Position numbers and translations under genes: made by a program. The notes under the pieces are model-generated. The model saw only the letters and a list, made by a program, of their open reading frames with translations, searched no databases and was not told the origin of the DNA. Positions 50,075 through 59,727 of a stretch of DNA of 64,000 bases are shown piece by piece. How positions within the stretch are numbered: the stretch's first letter is position 1; the number at the start of each line of letters is the position of its first letter. The stretch comes from a virus, in the IMG/VR virus record IMGVR_UViG_3300029813_000275, positions 1 to 64,000 of that record; one strand, 5' to 3'.

Positions 50075-51599
50075 ACAACAAACACTGATACATGCTGATA
50101 AATCAAAATTAGAATGGGCGAAGGAAGCAATAAAAGACCCATTTGCGATTAGAAGAAGCATTAATGATGATTCATTATTTGAATTTATAAAGTATTTCTG
50201 GTCAATAGTGTCAACAGATAAATTTGAGACAAATTGGCATATTAATGAAGTTTTATGTAAAGAATTAGAAACAATAATACAACGTGTGGCAATAGACGCC
50301 CCAAAATTATATGATCTTATAATAAATATCCCTCCAGGCACTACTAAAACTATTGTATGTTCAATAATGTTTCCGGTATGGTGTTGGACAAAATGGTATT
50401 GGATGAAATTTATTACCGGTAGTTATTCATCAGATTTATCGTTAGAAAGTGCGGAATATAGCCGGGATATAATAAGAAGTAATAGTTTTAAAGCAATATA
50501 CCCGGAATTAGCTATTAAAGAAGATAAAGATGCAAAAGGAAATTTTAAAGTAGTTAAAAAAGAACAAACATTTCCAGGGCGGGAATTTCGCATAATACAA
50601 GGAGGGAATCGATTCAGTACTTCTGTAGGTGCAAAGGTGACAGGTTTCCATGGACATGTTATAATAATGGATGATCCACTGAATCCGGAACAAGCGGTTA
50701 GTGAAAAAGAATTAGCAACAGCAAATCGGTTTATAGGACAAACATTATCTACCCGAAAAACAAACAAAGCAGTAACGCCTACTATATTAATAATGCAACG
50801 TTTGCATCAGGATGATCCAAGTGGGCACATGTTAAATAAAAAGAAAAAGAAAATTCGTCATATTAGCTTACCGGGTGAAATACGTAATTATCGGGAACAG
50901 GTGTATCCACAAGAATTGATTAAGTATTATAAAAACGACTTATTGGATCCGGTTCGTATGGATTGGAAAGTATTGGAAGACATGGAAGCCGATCTGGGAC
51001 AATACGGTTATGCCGGACAAGTAGGACAGAAACCAACACCACCCGGCGGTGGTATGTTCAAAGTGGATCATTTTAATATAATTAATACTTTACCTGCTCC
51101 AATTAACTTTGTTCAGACTGTTCGGTATTGGGATAAGGCCGGAAGTGAGGGCACAGGAGCATTCACAGTCGGTGTGAAAATAAGTAAACTGCAAAATGGT
51201 CATTATATTATTGAAGATGTTCGGCGGGGGCAATGGGCAACCGAGGAACGGGAACAAATCATAAAACAAACAGCCATTGCAGATGGGGGAAATGTTCAAA
51301 TAGGCATTGAACAGGAACCCGGTTCAGGGGGTAAGGAATCAGCAGAAGGAACAATTCGTAATCTGGCAGGATTCAGTTGTTTTGCTGAACGCCCGACTGG
51401 AGATAAGGAATTCCGGGCTGACCCTTTTTCGGTACAGGTAAATAATGGAAATGTTATGTTGTTACATGGTGATTGGAATCATGAATTTGTGGAAGAATAT
51501 CGTAATTTTCCAGTTAGTACGTATAAGGATCAGGTAGATGCCGGCTCAGGAGCTTTTAACAAACTAACAACAAAACGAATTGCAAGACGGATAACATAA
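50067..51599 (+). CDS. terminase large subunit
   Basis: 510 aa; NIPPGTTKT (Walker A-like), HVIIMDDPLNPE (Walker B), C-terminal RNaseH-like nuclease region (YWDKAGSEG...EQEPGSGGK...). Confidence 0.85.
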   Translation: MIEQQTLIHADKSKLEWAKEAIKDPFAIRRSINDDSLFEFIKYFWSIVSTDKFETNWHINEVLCKELETIIQRVAIDAPKLYDLIINIPPGTTKTIVCSIMFPVWCWTKWYWMKFITGSYSSDLSLESAEYSRDIIRSNSFKAIYPELAIKEDKDAKGNFKVVKKEQTFPGREFRIIQGGNRFSTSVGAKVTGFHGHVIIMDDPLNPEQAVSEKELATANRFIGQTLSTRKTNKAVTPTILIMQRLHQDDPSGHMLNKKKKKIRHISLPGEIRNYREQVYPQELIKYYKNDLLDPVRMDWKVLEDMEADLGQYGYAGQVGQKPTPPGGGMFKVDHFNIINTLPAPINFVQTVRYWDKAGSEGTGAFTVGVKISKLQNGHYIIEDVRRGQWATEEREQIIKQTAIADGGNVQIGIEQEPGSGGKESAEGTIRNLAGFSCFAERPTGDKEFRADPFSVQVNNGNVMLLHGDWNHEFVEEYRNFPVSTYKDQVDAGSGAFNKLTTKRIARRIT

Positions 51600-51754
51600 T
51601 AAGGTACTTTACGAAAGAAAAGTTTAATTAATCGTTCTATTAACAACCCGATTAAGAAAAATTGGGAAGTGGAACTCCGGATTAGCCTTATTTTTAAAAA
51701 TATAAGAATCTTACATGGCAGTATTATTTATTAATCATATAAATATTTATAATT

Positions 51755-51925
51755 ATGAAAACAATTGAATTAGGACAGAAAGTAAAAGGAAAAGTAAATG
51801 AGAAAAATGAATTACCGGAGGATCAATGGATTGATGAACAGCTGTTGGAATGGATGAATGATGGTATTTTGACTGAATCAAAATCAATTGATGGTGGAGG
51901 ATTTAGAAATCATCCGGGATCATGA
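51755..51925 (+). CDS. hypothetical 56-aa protein (below ORF-track cutoff)
   Basis: MKTIELGQKVKGKVNEKNELPEDQWIDEQLLEWMNDGILTESKSIDGGGFRNHPGS; ATGA overlap with next ORF. Confidence 0.4.
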   Translation: MKTIELGQKVKGKVNEKNELPEDQWIDEQLLEWMNDGILTESKSIDGGGFRNHPGS

Positions 51926-52149
51926 CAGTATTTGAATTTCGATATAATTGGTGTATTTATGAATGTGGAATGATAACTGTCAGTTTGCATAAAACAAGTA
52001 AAGGAGCTATTAAAGCAATGGAGAAACATAAAACGCAAAAGAAAAAAGAATGGGAGAAAACGTATTCTGATGAACCGGGGATGAAAAAAGATTTTCCATT
52101 TGCTATGCATGAATATTGGGATGTAATTGAAACTGAAGTATTGGAATAA
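51922..52149 (+). CDS. hypothetical protein
   Basis: 75-aa ORF in late array. Confidence 0.5.
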   Translation: MTVFEFRYNWCIYECGMITVSLHKTSKGAIKAMEKHKTQKKKEWEKTYSDEPGMKKDFPFAMHEYWDVIETEVLE

Positions 52150-52158
52150 ATTTGTAAT

Positions 52159-53307
52159 ATGGCTATAACTTTAACAGGCACTCGCATAACCGTAGAATTT
52201 CAGGATGGTGATCCCAAAGGGGATTCATGGGATGATCCCTTTACTTTAGATGATGTTGTTACGGATATTGCAAACGTAACAAAACAGGGCAATCAGATTT
52301 ATATTCCTTATTCATTATACATAATTGATGCAGATACTTACTTTTTAGCTGAAAATATGCAGGTTTATTTCCCCGTTGAGACACAAGACGATTATTATAA
52401 GTTATATGTAAGCGATTGCCATTTTAGAAGTCAGGGAACAGAAGGAATGTATTGGTATTGTAAATATAATAGTAGTTATTCAAGGATTAGTATTTTAAAT
52501 GGTTTCTTTGATATTAAAAATACCGTTTTCTCAAACTTTAGATATTGTTATTTTGGTGGAAGTGCAAATAAGAATATGATAATTGAAGATAGTGCATTTT
52601 ATAAAATGACATATTTATTTCTTCCTTATAATAATAATGTTGAAGTTAGTGATATAATGATTGCAGGAAATTCTGAATTTAGTCCTTGTGCAGATTTTGC
52701 TGATGTAGAAGGAATAAAAATATTAAATAATTTAATTGGTGTGTATTTATATGTTTTTAGTGGTGCAATAAATTGTGAATTAAGAATTAAAAATTGTACT
52801 AACAATATTAAATTCCGCCCATTGTATAGTGATCAGATTGCGAATTTAACGAATTCAAAAATAAATGTTGATTCTTATAATATTAATTCATATGGAATAG
52901 GGGATATAACATTGAATCTAATTTCAACATTCAAAATTAATATTGAAAATGGAGACGGGGGAACAGCAAAACTATATGACAAAGATGATAACCTGATATG
53001 GACTGAAGCACTATCAGGTGAACTTGAAAAAGCTGTTACATACTATAAACATTATGTTGAAACGGATGGAATGTTGGTAGCAGACGAAAAAACAACCTAT
53101 GAACCTTTCAAACTTGTCGTTTCAAAAGCTAATTATCTGGATTTGACGATTCCGAATATTACAATAGAACCTGGAGAGGAAACTCATATAACAGGAAAAA
53201 TTGTAAAACCGACTTATTATCATCAGGCAATTAGCGGTAAGGTAGAAGTTTCGGAAGTCACGGGCAAAGTAACTGTTGAAGATGAAATATCAGGAACTGT
53301 AAATTAA
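52159..53307 (+). CDS. hypothetical protein, possibly beta-helix/fibre-like
   Basis: 382 aa; N/I/V-rich repeating strand-like segments in the middle; C-terminal short repeats ISGKVEVSEVTGKVTVEDEISGTV. Confidence 0.5.
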   Translation: MAITLTGTRITVEFQDGDPKGDSWDDPFTLDDVVTDIANVTKQGNQIYIPYSLYIIDADTYFLAENMQVYFPVETQDDYYKLYVSDCHFRSQGTEGMYWYCKYNSSYSRISILNGFFDIKNTVFSNFRYCYFGGSANKNMIIEDSAFYKMTYLFLPYNNNVEVSDIMIAGNSEFSPCADFADVEGIKILNNLIGVYLYVFSGAINCELRIKNCTNNIKFRPLYSDQIANLTNSKINVDSYNINSYGIGDITLNLISTFKINIENGDGGTAKLYDKDDNLIWTEALSGELEKAVTYYKHYVETDGMLVADEKTTYEPFKLVVSKANYLDLTIPNITIEPGEETHITGKIVKPTYYHQAISGKVEVSEVTGKVTVEDEISGTVN

Positions 53308-53313
53308 GAGATC

Positions 53314-53613
53314 ATGGGAGCAAATGCAATTACATTATACCATGAAAATACCCGGACAATTACATGTACGGTAACGGGATTATCTGACTTGAGTGGTTAT
53401 ACAGCAACACTAACAGTACAAAAGAAGCCTGAAGATATGACAGCGGTAATTACAAAAGCAGGATCAATTTCAGATTTGGTAATAACATTTGTTTTAACAG
53501 CAATAGAAACAAATATTGATCCATATGAATATCTTTATTACATTACAATAAGTAATGCAACAAATAAATATACAATCGTTGATGATTTATTTAAGATTAG
53601 ATACAGGCCATAA
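53314..53613 (+). CDS. hypothetical protein (beta-sandwich-like)
   Basis: 99 aa, alternating T/V/I pattern suggestive of an Ig-like fold; weak. Confidence 0.45.
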   Translation: MGANAITLYHENTRTITCTVTGLSDLSGYTATLTVQKKPEDMTAVITKAGSISDLVITFVLTAIETNIDPYEYLYYITISNATNKYTIVDDLFKIRYRP

Positions 53614-53625
53614 ACTTTCAACATA

Positions 53626-53871
53626 ATGAACAAAAATATTGAAGTCAACGAGGAAAGTTTTATTGATCTTGTTAAGAACATAAGAGAGATAAGAACTTGT
53701 CTTCTGGGGGACGAATATCATCCGGACGGATTAGTTCATCAAGTAAAACAGAATACTGATTGTATTAATAAAGTAAAAAGAAAACAAATGGGATTCTTCG
53801 CTATTATAGGTGGAGCATGGACTGCATTTACGATTGGAATTTCTTTATTGATTAGTCACATGAAAAATTAA
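53626..53871 (+). CDS. small protein with C-terminal TM helix
   Basis: 81 aa; ...KRKQMGFFAIIGGAWTAFTIGISLLISHMKN. Confidence 0.5.
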   Translation: MNKNIEVNEESFIDLVKNIREIRTCLLGDEYHPDGLVHQVKQNTDCINKVKRKQMGFFAIIGGAWTAFTIGISLLISHMKN

Positions 53872-53880
53872 AAGAAACGA

Positions 53881-55278
53881 ATGCCTGATAAAAACAAAAT
53901 AAGTGGAAATACAATACAAGTATTGAGCGCATTGGTATCACGTGCTGTACTTGCAGGGAGACTTGGACAACAATTTGGCGGTGACCGGGATATGTATCAG
54001 GCACTGGGTTATCCGCTTATAATTGAGTATAAAGATTATTTTGCACGGTATACCCGGCAGGATATAGCAAAGGCAATTATTGACCGCCCTGTAAAAGTTA
54101 CATGGCGGGGGGATGTGGAAATTATTGAATCGGATGATGATAAAGAAACAGCTTTGGAAAAGGCATGGAAAGAATTGGATGAGGCATTGGGATTGAAATC
54201 ACGATTTGTACGATTGGATAAATTATCAGGTATTGGTACATATGGGATATTGTTATTGGGATTGGATGATGTAAAAAATAAAGAAGATTTTATAAAGCCA
54301 GTGTTTGGAGGCCAAAGGAAATTATTATATGTAAAACCGTTCGGGCAGGATAATGCAACAATCACTGCATGGGAATCCGATACAAATAATCCACGGTATG
54401 CACAACCTGTTAAATATGATATTGTGATAACTGATTCAGGTTCTAATGTCAGTTCCCAGATTAGCGTACATCATAGCAGGGTTATTCATGTGGCAGATGA
54501 GATATTGGAAAATGAAACAGAAGGAGCCCCCCGATTAGAATGTGTGTATAATCGTTTAATGGATTTGGAAAAAGTGGTTGGTGGTGATGCTGAAATGTTT
54601 TGGCGAAGTGCGCGTCCGGGATTTGAAGGAAAAGTAGATAAGGATTTTCAGATGACCCCGAAGATGATAGAAGATTTAAAAGAACAATTGGATGAGTATG
54701 AACATAATCTTCGCCGGTTTCTCATAAATGAAGGGGTTGATATAAACGCATTGATACAACAAATTGCCGATCCGAAAAATCATGTTGATATACAAATACA
54801 AATGATTGCAGCAGTAAAAGGTATTCCGAAACGGATACTTACAGGCAGTGAGCGTGGAGAATTGTCAAGCAGTCAGGATAAAGAGGAGTGGATGTCGTTT
54901 GTTCAATTACGGCGTGAGGAGTATGCTGAACCAAAAATAATACGGCCGTTTGTTGACCGTTGTATTGAATATAAGGTATTACCAAAGCCTGCGGAATCAT
55001 ATTCGGTCAAATGGCAGGATTTGTTTGCACCAAGTGAGAAAGAACGTGTTGAAATTGGTAAAGGGCGTTCTACGGCGTTGAAGGAATATTCGATGAATCC
55101 GATGGCAGAATCCATTGTACCACCTGAAGCATTCCTGAAATGGTTTCTTGGCCTGGATAAAGATGTCGTTAAAATGATAGAAAAAATGAGGGATGCAGTC
55201 ATGTTGGAAGAACAACAACAACAGGCAACAGAAGAAGAAGAACAAATAATTGAAGAAGAACAAATAGAACAAGGATAA
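53881..55278 (+). CDS. portal protein (DUF1073-like)
   Basis: 465 aa; size, position before the Mu-F-like gene, N-terminal ...LGYPLIIEYKDYFARYTRQDIAKAIIDRPV... pattern, and acidic Q/E-rich C-terminus. Confidence 0.8.
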   Translation: MPDKNKISGNTIQVLSALVSRAVLAGRLGQQFGGDRDMYQALGYPLIIEYKDYFARYTRQDIAKAIIDRPVKVTWRGDVEIIESDDDKETALEKAWKELDEALGLKSRFVRLDKLSGIGTYGILLLGLDDVKNKEDFIKPVFGGQRKLLYVKPFGQDNATITAWESDTNNPRYAQPVKYDIVITDSGSNVSSQISVHHSRVIHVADEILENETEGAPRLECVYNRLMDLEKVVGGDAEMFWRSARPGFEGKVDKDFQMTPKMIEDLKEQLDEYEHNLRRFLINEGVDINALIQQIADPKNHVDIQIQMIAAVKGIPKRILTGSERGELSSSQDKEEWMSFVQLRREEYAEPKIIRPFVDRCIEYKVLPKPAESYSVKWQDLFAPSEKERVEIGKGRSTALKEYSMNPMAESIVPPEAFLKWFLGLDKDVVKMIEKMRDAVMLEEQQQQATEEEEQIIEEEQIEQG

Positions 55279-55280
55279 TT

Positions 55281-56237
55281 ATGTTTCATAGTTTATTAAA
55301 TAGTAGAGTAATATCAATTCATGATCATTCAATTACGGTTTACAATAACTATGATCCAACCCGGACAACTGTATTACGAAATGCTTTTGCAAGGGAAATG
55401 AATCGTAGATTCCGGCAATTGACGCAGGTGATACGTCGGGCGGTGGTTGAGGAGGATTGTTTTGGATTGCAACCGGGTTTTTATCAGTTGGCTTCACCCG
55501 GCAGGCAGGCATTTGCTTTTCCACGTAGTGCAGATAAAGTAAGTGGATTTATGACATGGCTACAAGGACAAGTTGATCGTGGTATTCTGGAAATACGGGA
55601 ATTGGCACAGGTTGGTGTTGGTGTAGAAGGGGCATGGACAAATAAATATGTGTTTGATTCGTATAAACGGGGCGTAATCCGGGCACGTTATGAGTTGCAG
55701 AAAGCCGGGTTTGATGTACCAACAATTCAACAGACTGGTGGAATAGAAATTAGTATGTCCACGCCGTTTCATCTGGATCGGTTGGGATTATTATATACAC
55801 GGGTTTATAGCGGGTTAAAAGGTATAACAGCAGCAATGGATACTCAAATCAGCCGGATATTGGCGCAAGGGATTGCTGATGGTGATGGCCCACGGTTACT
55901 TGCCCGGAAAATGATCGGCACTATTAATGGAGCGGGGATGGGTGATTTAGCCATTACTGATACATTGGGTAGATTCATACCGGCCCAACGGCGTGCTACA
56001 ATGCTGGCACGCACAGAAATAATTCGGGCACATCACCAAGCTACTATTCAGGAATATCGTAACTGGGCTGTTGAAGAAGTGATAGTAAAAGCAGAATGGA
56101 TGTCAGCGGGTGACGACCGGGCGTGTAATCGTTGTTTGGATAGGGATGGAAGTAAATTTACATTAGATCAGATTGAAAAAGAAATACCGTTGCATCCAAA
56201 TTGCCGGTGTTGTGCTTTGCCTTATAAAATGAAATAA
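55281..56237 (+). CDS. Mu F-like / SPP1 gp7-like minor head (head morphogenesis) protein
   Basis: ...RTEIIRAHHQATIQEY...WMSAGDDRACNRC..DG......PLHPNCRCC, canonical Phage_Mu_F C-terminal signature. Confidence 0.85.
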   Translation: MFHSLLNSRVISIHDHSITVYNNYDPTRTTVLRNAFAREMNRRFRQLTQVIRRAVVEEDCFGLQPGFYQLASPGRQAFAFPRSADKVSGFMTWLQGQVDRGILEIRELAQVGVGVEGAWTNKYVFDSYKRGVIRARYELQKAGFDVPTIQQTGGIEISMSTPFHLDRLGLLYTRVYSGLKGITAAMDTQISRILAQGIADGDGPRLLARKMIGTINGAGMGDLAITDTLGRFIPAQRRATMLARTEIIRAHHQATIQEYRNWAVEEVIVKAEWMSAGDDRACNRCLDRDGSKFTLDQIEKEIPLHPNCRCCALPYKMK

Positions 56238-56254
56238 AATAGGAGGATAATGTA

Positions 56255-56380
56255 ATGAAAAAATTTTGGAATAAATTTGGAGATGATTGGTTTATGATTA
56301 AACTATATCTCAGTTCTTGTTTTGTATTTGGAGTTATATTATTGAGTATAGCAGTTTTGGTAATATTAAAAATATTGTAA
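56255..56380 (+). CDS. 41-aa membrane peptide (below ORF-track cutoff)
   Basis: Strong SD AGGAGG 5 nt (ataat) upstream of the ATG; MKKFWNKFGDDWFMIKLYLSSCFVFGVILLSIAVLVILKIL. Confidence 0.5.
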   Translation: MKKFWNKFGDDWFMIKLYLSSCFVFGVILLSIAVLVILKIL

Positions 56381-56382
56381 AA

Positions 56383-56868
56383 ATGCCTTGGACAATAACA
56401 GATGTGGAGCGTCATAAGCATGGATTAACCGATGCTCAAAAGCGACAATGGGTACGAATAGCCAATTCAGCACTTGCAAAATGTCAAAGAGAAGGAGGAC
56501 GTAATTGTGAGGCTTCCGCTATCCGGCAGGCTAATGGAGTTGTGGGACATAGTATTTCTTTTGAGAATACACAGAAAACAATTGAAAAATTAATTACTTA
56601 TGTAGATGCCGGACATGGAGAACCCATTGAAGATTGGGAATATTTAATTCATCATGTTGAAGTGGTTGAGGGTGAGGAAGAATTGCATCATTGTTTTTTA
56701 TTAGATCATCTTGGAAACAAATATGAAATTGATCATATAACAGATGAAGAAGGCGATCAACGGCATTATATTGTGGGATTAGTAGAGGATCAGGATGTAT
56801 ATTGGAGTGATCAGGAGGCAATTGAAGATGGGCAAGATGTTCCTTGTCCAGCAAGACAATTAGGATAA
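56383..56868 (+). CDS. ChaB-like N-terminal domain protein with acidic C-terminus
   Basis: Start at MPWTITDVERHKHGLTDAQKRQWVRIANSALAKC....EASAIRQANGVV, resembling the ChaB fold pattern; the upstream part of the 56317 ORF overlaps the small peptide gene. Confidence 0.4.
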   Translation: MPWTITDVERHKHGLTDAQKRQWVRIANSALAKCQREGGRNCEASAIRQANGVVGHSISFENTQKTIEKLITYVDAGHGEPIEDWEYLIHHVEVVEGEEELHHCFLLDHLGNKYEIDHITDEEGDQRHYIVGLVEDQDVYWSDQEAIEDGQDVPCPARQLG

Positions 56869-56869
56869 A

Positions 56870-57631
56870 ATGAGAACACCAGCAAAAATAGGATCGTTTT
56901 ATTTCACAATAGGTAGAGAATCAGAATTCTCTAAAAAGGATTTTTTACAGATTCTTAATTCTGCTATTGAGGATATAGTAAATAGTTGTACGCATCCTGG
57001 AATTTTATTATCAGGTGGGGTAGATAGTTCATTATTAGCAATAATTGCTACAAAATATTGTCTTAATATTCCTTGTTTTGTTGTAGGGGACAATATTATG
57101 AATCCGGATGTGCAGGCTGCAATGCAATTGGCAGAGGAAAAAAAATTGAATTTATATGTTCATCTTCTTAATCCGACAGAAATATCACGTATTCAAAAGG
57201 AAACAAAAGCAATTTATTCTAATATTTATGAAGGAGATGATTGTGTATTTGCTGCTTTAGAATTTGCTTCCCCATTTGTTACCGATTTAATTGCCACGGA
57301 TGGAATTGATGAATTGATGGGCGGATACTGGGGGCATCGGGACAGAAAAAGGTTTCCTGATATAAAAGATGCTTTTAAACATTTTTGGGATGAATTGGAA
57401 GAAAAACATTTAACTCCGATGAATAGATCAGCTGAATGCCACGGCTTGGATCTTATTTTTATATACTTACTGCCTGAAATTATTGAACAGCTTTCAAGAA
57501 TCTCATTAAAAAATCGAATCAGAGAAAATGTTAGTAAAGCCGTTTGGAAAGAGATTGCTCTGATGGCAGGAGTGCCTTCATGGATTATAGAAAGAAAAAA
57601 ACAAGGATTTGTTGATGCTTTTAAAGAATAA
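56870..57631 (+). CDS. asparagine synthase-like PP-loop ATP pyrophosphatase lacking a glutaminase domain
   Basis: HPGILLSGGVDSSLLAIIA (AsnB SGGLDSS signature) and TDGIDELMGGYW (AsnB GEG.DE.fgGY motif); only 253 aa, no N-terminal Ntn Cys. Confidence 0.7.
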   Translation: MRTPAKIGSFYFTIGRESEFSKKDFLQILNSAIEDIVNSCTHPGILLSGGVDSSLLAIIATKYCLNIPCFVVGDNIMNPDVQAAMQLAEEKKLNLYVHLLNPTEISRIQKETKAIYSNIYEGDDCVFAALEFASPFVTDLIATDGIDELMGGYWGHRDRKRFPDIKDAFKHFWDELEEKHLTPMNRSAECHGLDLIFIYLLPEIIEQLSRISLKNRIRENVSKAVWKEIALMAGVPSWIIERKKQGFVDAFKE

Positions 57632-57636
57632 ATAAT

Positions 57637-59178
57637 ATGTCATATTTGGAAAAAGTACTTTTTGGGATTAATAAAAGGAAAAAAGGAGAATCTTGTATTT
57701 TCATCAGAGAAGTACAAATCAACGAGAATTATACTATTCGTAATGAAATGCATCAAGGCAGGAAACATATCGTAGTACCCGTTGTAATGATGGTAGAAGG
57801 TGTGCATAAAGGAAGTGCAGGGCATTTACTACATTTAGCAGAAGATTTAGGGCGATTTCCAGAAGCATGGAATGGTATTCCGGTTACTATTCAGCACCCG
57901 GAAGAGGATGGACATAATGTTTCCGCTAATTCACCTGATTTGATTGACGCCCAAACAATAGGACGAATTTATAACACTCATATGGATGAAGGGAAGTTGA
58001 AGGCTGAAGCATGGTTAGATGAAGAACGATTGCGGGAGCAAAGCGCTATTGCATTAGCAGCAATACAACAACAACGTGTGTTGGAAGTGAGTGTTGGGGT
58101 GTTTACTGAGGAAGAAAACGTTCCAGGCATTTGGAATGGAGAGCAATATGAAGCCATAGCTAGAAACCATCGCCCAGATCATTTGGCATTATTGCCTGGT
58201 GGGAAAGGGGCTTGTTCATGGGAAGATGGTTGTGGAATTCGATTAAATAAGAAAGGAGGTAACAGTGTGAAAAAGACAGATGATGAATTAATTATTGATG
58301 ATAAGAAATTATCAGAGATAATGAAAAGTCTGAATAATGAAAATTTGGCAGTTATTCCAATTAATGTAAATGAACAGGGATTGAGATCACTTGTCAGTAC
58401 TATTCAGGCAAAACTTGATGTCATGGATTCAGATACTAAAGTACATTTCTTACAGGAGGTGTATGAAGATTTTTTTGTCTATGAAATCAGGGGAAGAAGT
58501 GAAGGTTCTGTATTATATAAACGAACATATCAGGTAAATACTGATGAGTCTGTTGAATTTACTGGAGAACCGGTTGAAGTCAGACGTAAAATAGAATACG
58601 TCACAATGGAAAGTTCTGGATTGACCAGAACGAAATTTAATAATTTAAAGAAAGGAGTAGTAACAATGAGTGAAAAAAAAGAAGGCGCTCCCTGTAAAGT
58701 AACTGAACTTATCAATCACAAGTTGACAAAGTTCACTGAAGATAACAGAGAGTGGCTGGAAACTTTGGAAGAAGGTCAATTGGATACATTATTTCCAAAT
58801 GAACCGGAAGCCAAAAAAGAGGATCCTCCGCAAATAAATGCGGAGCAAGTAAAACAGGTGGTAAGGGAATTATTTTCCAAACAGGAAGAATATATTGACC
58901 TGATGCCTGAAAATATGCGAGATTCAACGCGTGCTGGATTAAAACTTCATAAAGAACAGCGCGAAAAGATGATTAAGGGAGTTCTTGATAACGTAAAAGA
59001 CGTTTGGACTGAGGATGAACTGAAATCAATGGATGCAAATACTTTAAATAAAGTATTTAATTCAATAAAAAAAGAGGAAATAACTGATTATTCCTTACTT
59101 GGTACGGGTGTTTCGGGCGGAAAAGGACAAACACCTTTATATCCGGGCGGAATAGAAATTGAAGAAACTAAAAAATAA
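57637..59178 (+). CDS. DUF2213-type prohead protease/scaffold fusion protein
   Basis: N-terminal HIVVPVVMM.EGV....LH.AE.L.....WNGIPVTIQHP...SVGVF.....PG.WNGEQYEAIARNHRPDHLALLP.GKGACS matches DUF2213; C-terminal half is charged/coiled (scaffold-like); directly upstream of decoration and capsid genes. Confidence 0.65.
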   Translation: MSYLEKVLFGINKRKKGESCIFIREVQINENYTIRNEMHQGRKHIVVPVVMMVEGVHKGSAGHLLHLAEDLGRFPEAWNGIPVTIQHPEEDGHNVSANSPDLIDAQTIGRIYNTHMDEGKLKAEAWLDEERLREQSAIALAAIQQQRVLEVSVGVFTEEENVPGIWNGEQYEAIARNHRPDHLALLPGGKGACSWEDGCGIRLNKKGGNSVKKTDDELIIDDKKLSEIMKSLNNENLAVIPINVNEQGLRSLVSTIQAKLDVMDSDTKVHFLQEVYEDFFVYEIRGRSEGSVLYKRTYQVNTDESVEFTGEPVEVRRKIEYVTMESSGLTRTKFNNLKKGVVTMSEKKEGAPCKVTELINHKLTKFTEDNREWLETLEEGQLDTLFPNEPEAKKEDPPQINAEQVKQVVRELFSKQEEYIDLMPENMRDSTRAGLKLHKEQREKMIKGVLDNVKDVWTEDELKSMDANTLNKVFNSIKKEEITDYSLLGTGVSGGKGQTPLYPGGIEIEETKK

Positions 59179-59195
59179 GAAAGGAGGAAAAAATA

Positions 59196-59705
59196 ATGGC
59201 TAATACAATTAAGTTAAAAAAATACTTGGATATTATTGAAGAATATGGTGCTGAAGCCGCAATAACTCCAGGTATGTTGCTTGAACTTAACAGTAGTGGT
59301 AATGTTCAAGTACATTCAACAGCGGGAGGTAATGTCCTTCCGATGTTTGCTCTTGAAGATGAGCTCCAAGGCAATGATATTGATGATGCTTATGTTGCCG
59401 ATGATAAAGTACAGGTGTGGGTTGCTGTTCGGGGGGAATGGGTGTATGCTATTTTAGCAGATGGACAAAATGTCAGCGTCGGTGATTTTCTTGAATCGGC
59501 AGGCAGCGGTCTTCTCCAAAAACATGAACCTGATGAATATAATGAGAGCGCATCAATCGGAGGTATTTATACTAACCAGATCGTTGGTGTTGCACTTGAA
59601 GCTATGGATTTATCTACTTCGAGTGGAGAAGAGTCCAGTTTAGGGCTTGGATCAAGTATCGAAACCGTTGGATATAACAGACGTATTAAAATAAGAATTA
59701 AATAA
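59196..59705 (+). CDS. head decoration protein (DUF2190-like)
   Basis: 169 aa; strong SD AAGGAGG; ...ITPGMLLELNSSGNVQVHS....P.FALED.......V.VWVA.RGEWVYAIL...VSVGDFLESAGSG pattern; position just before the MCP. Confidence 0.55.
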   Translation: MANTIKLKKYLDIIEEYGAEAAITPGMLLELNSSGNVQVHSTAGGNVLPMFALEDELQGNDIDDAYVADDKVQVWVAVRGEWVYAILADGQNVSVGDFLESAGSGLLQKHEPDEYNESASIGGIYTNQIVGVALEAMDLSTSSGEESSLGLGSSIETVGYNRRIKIRIK

Positions 59706-59727
59706 AAAAGAAAGGAGGAAAAATAAA

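Noticed and set aside
54903-55289. 128-aa and 91-aa minus-strand ORFs at the portal 3' end, and 54036-54365
   Set aside because: They are antisense to the portal gene. The Cys/Ser-rich translation arises from the GAA/CAA-rich acidic tail of the portal.
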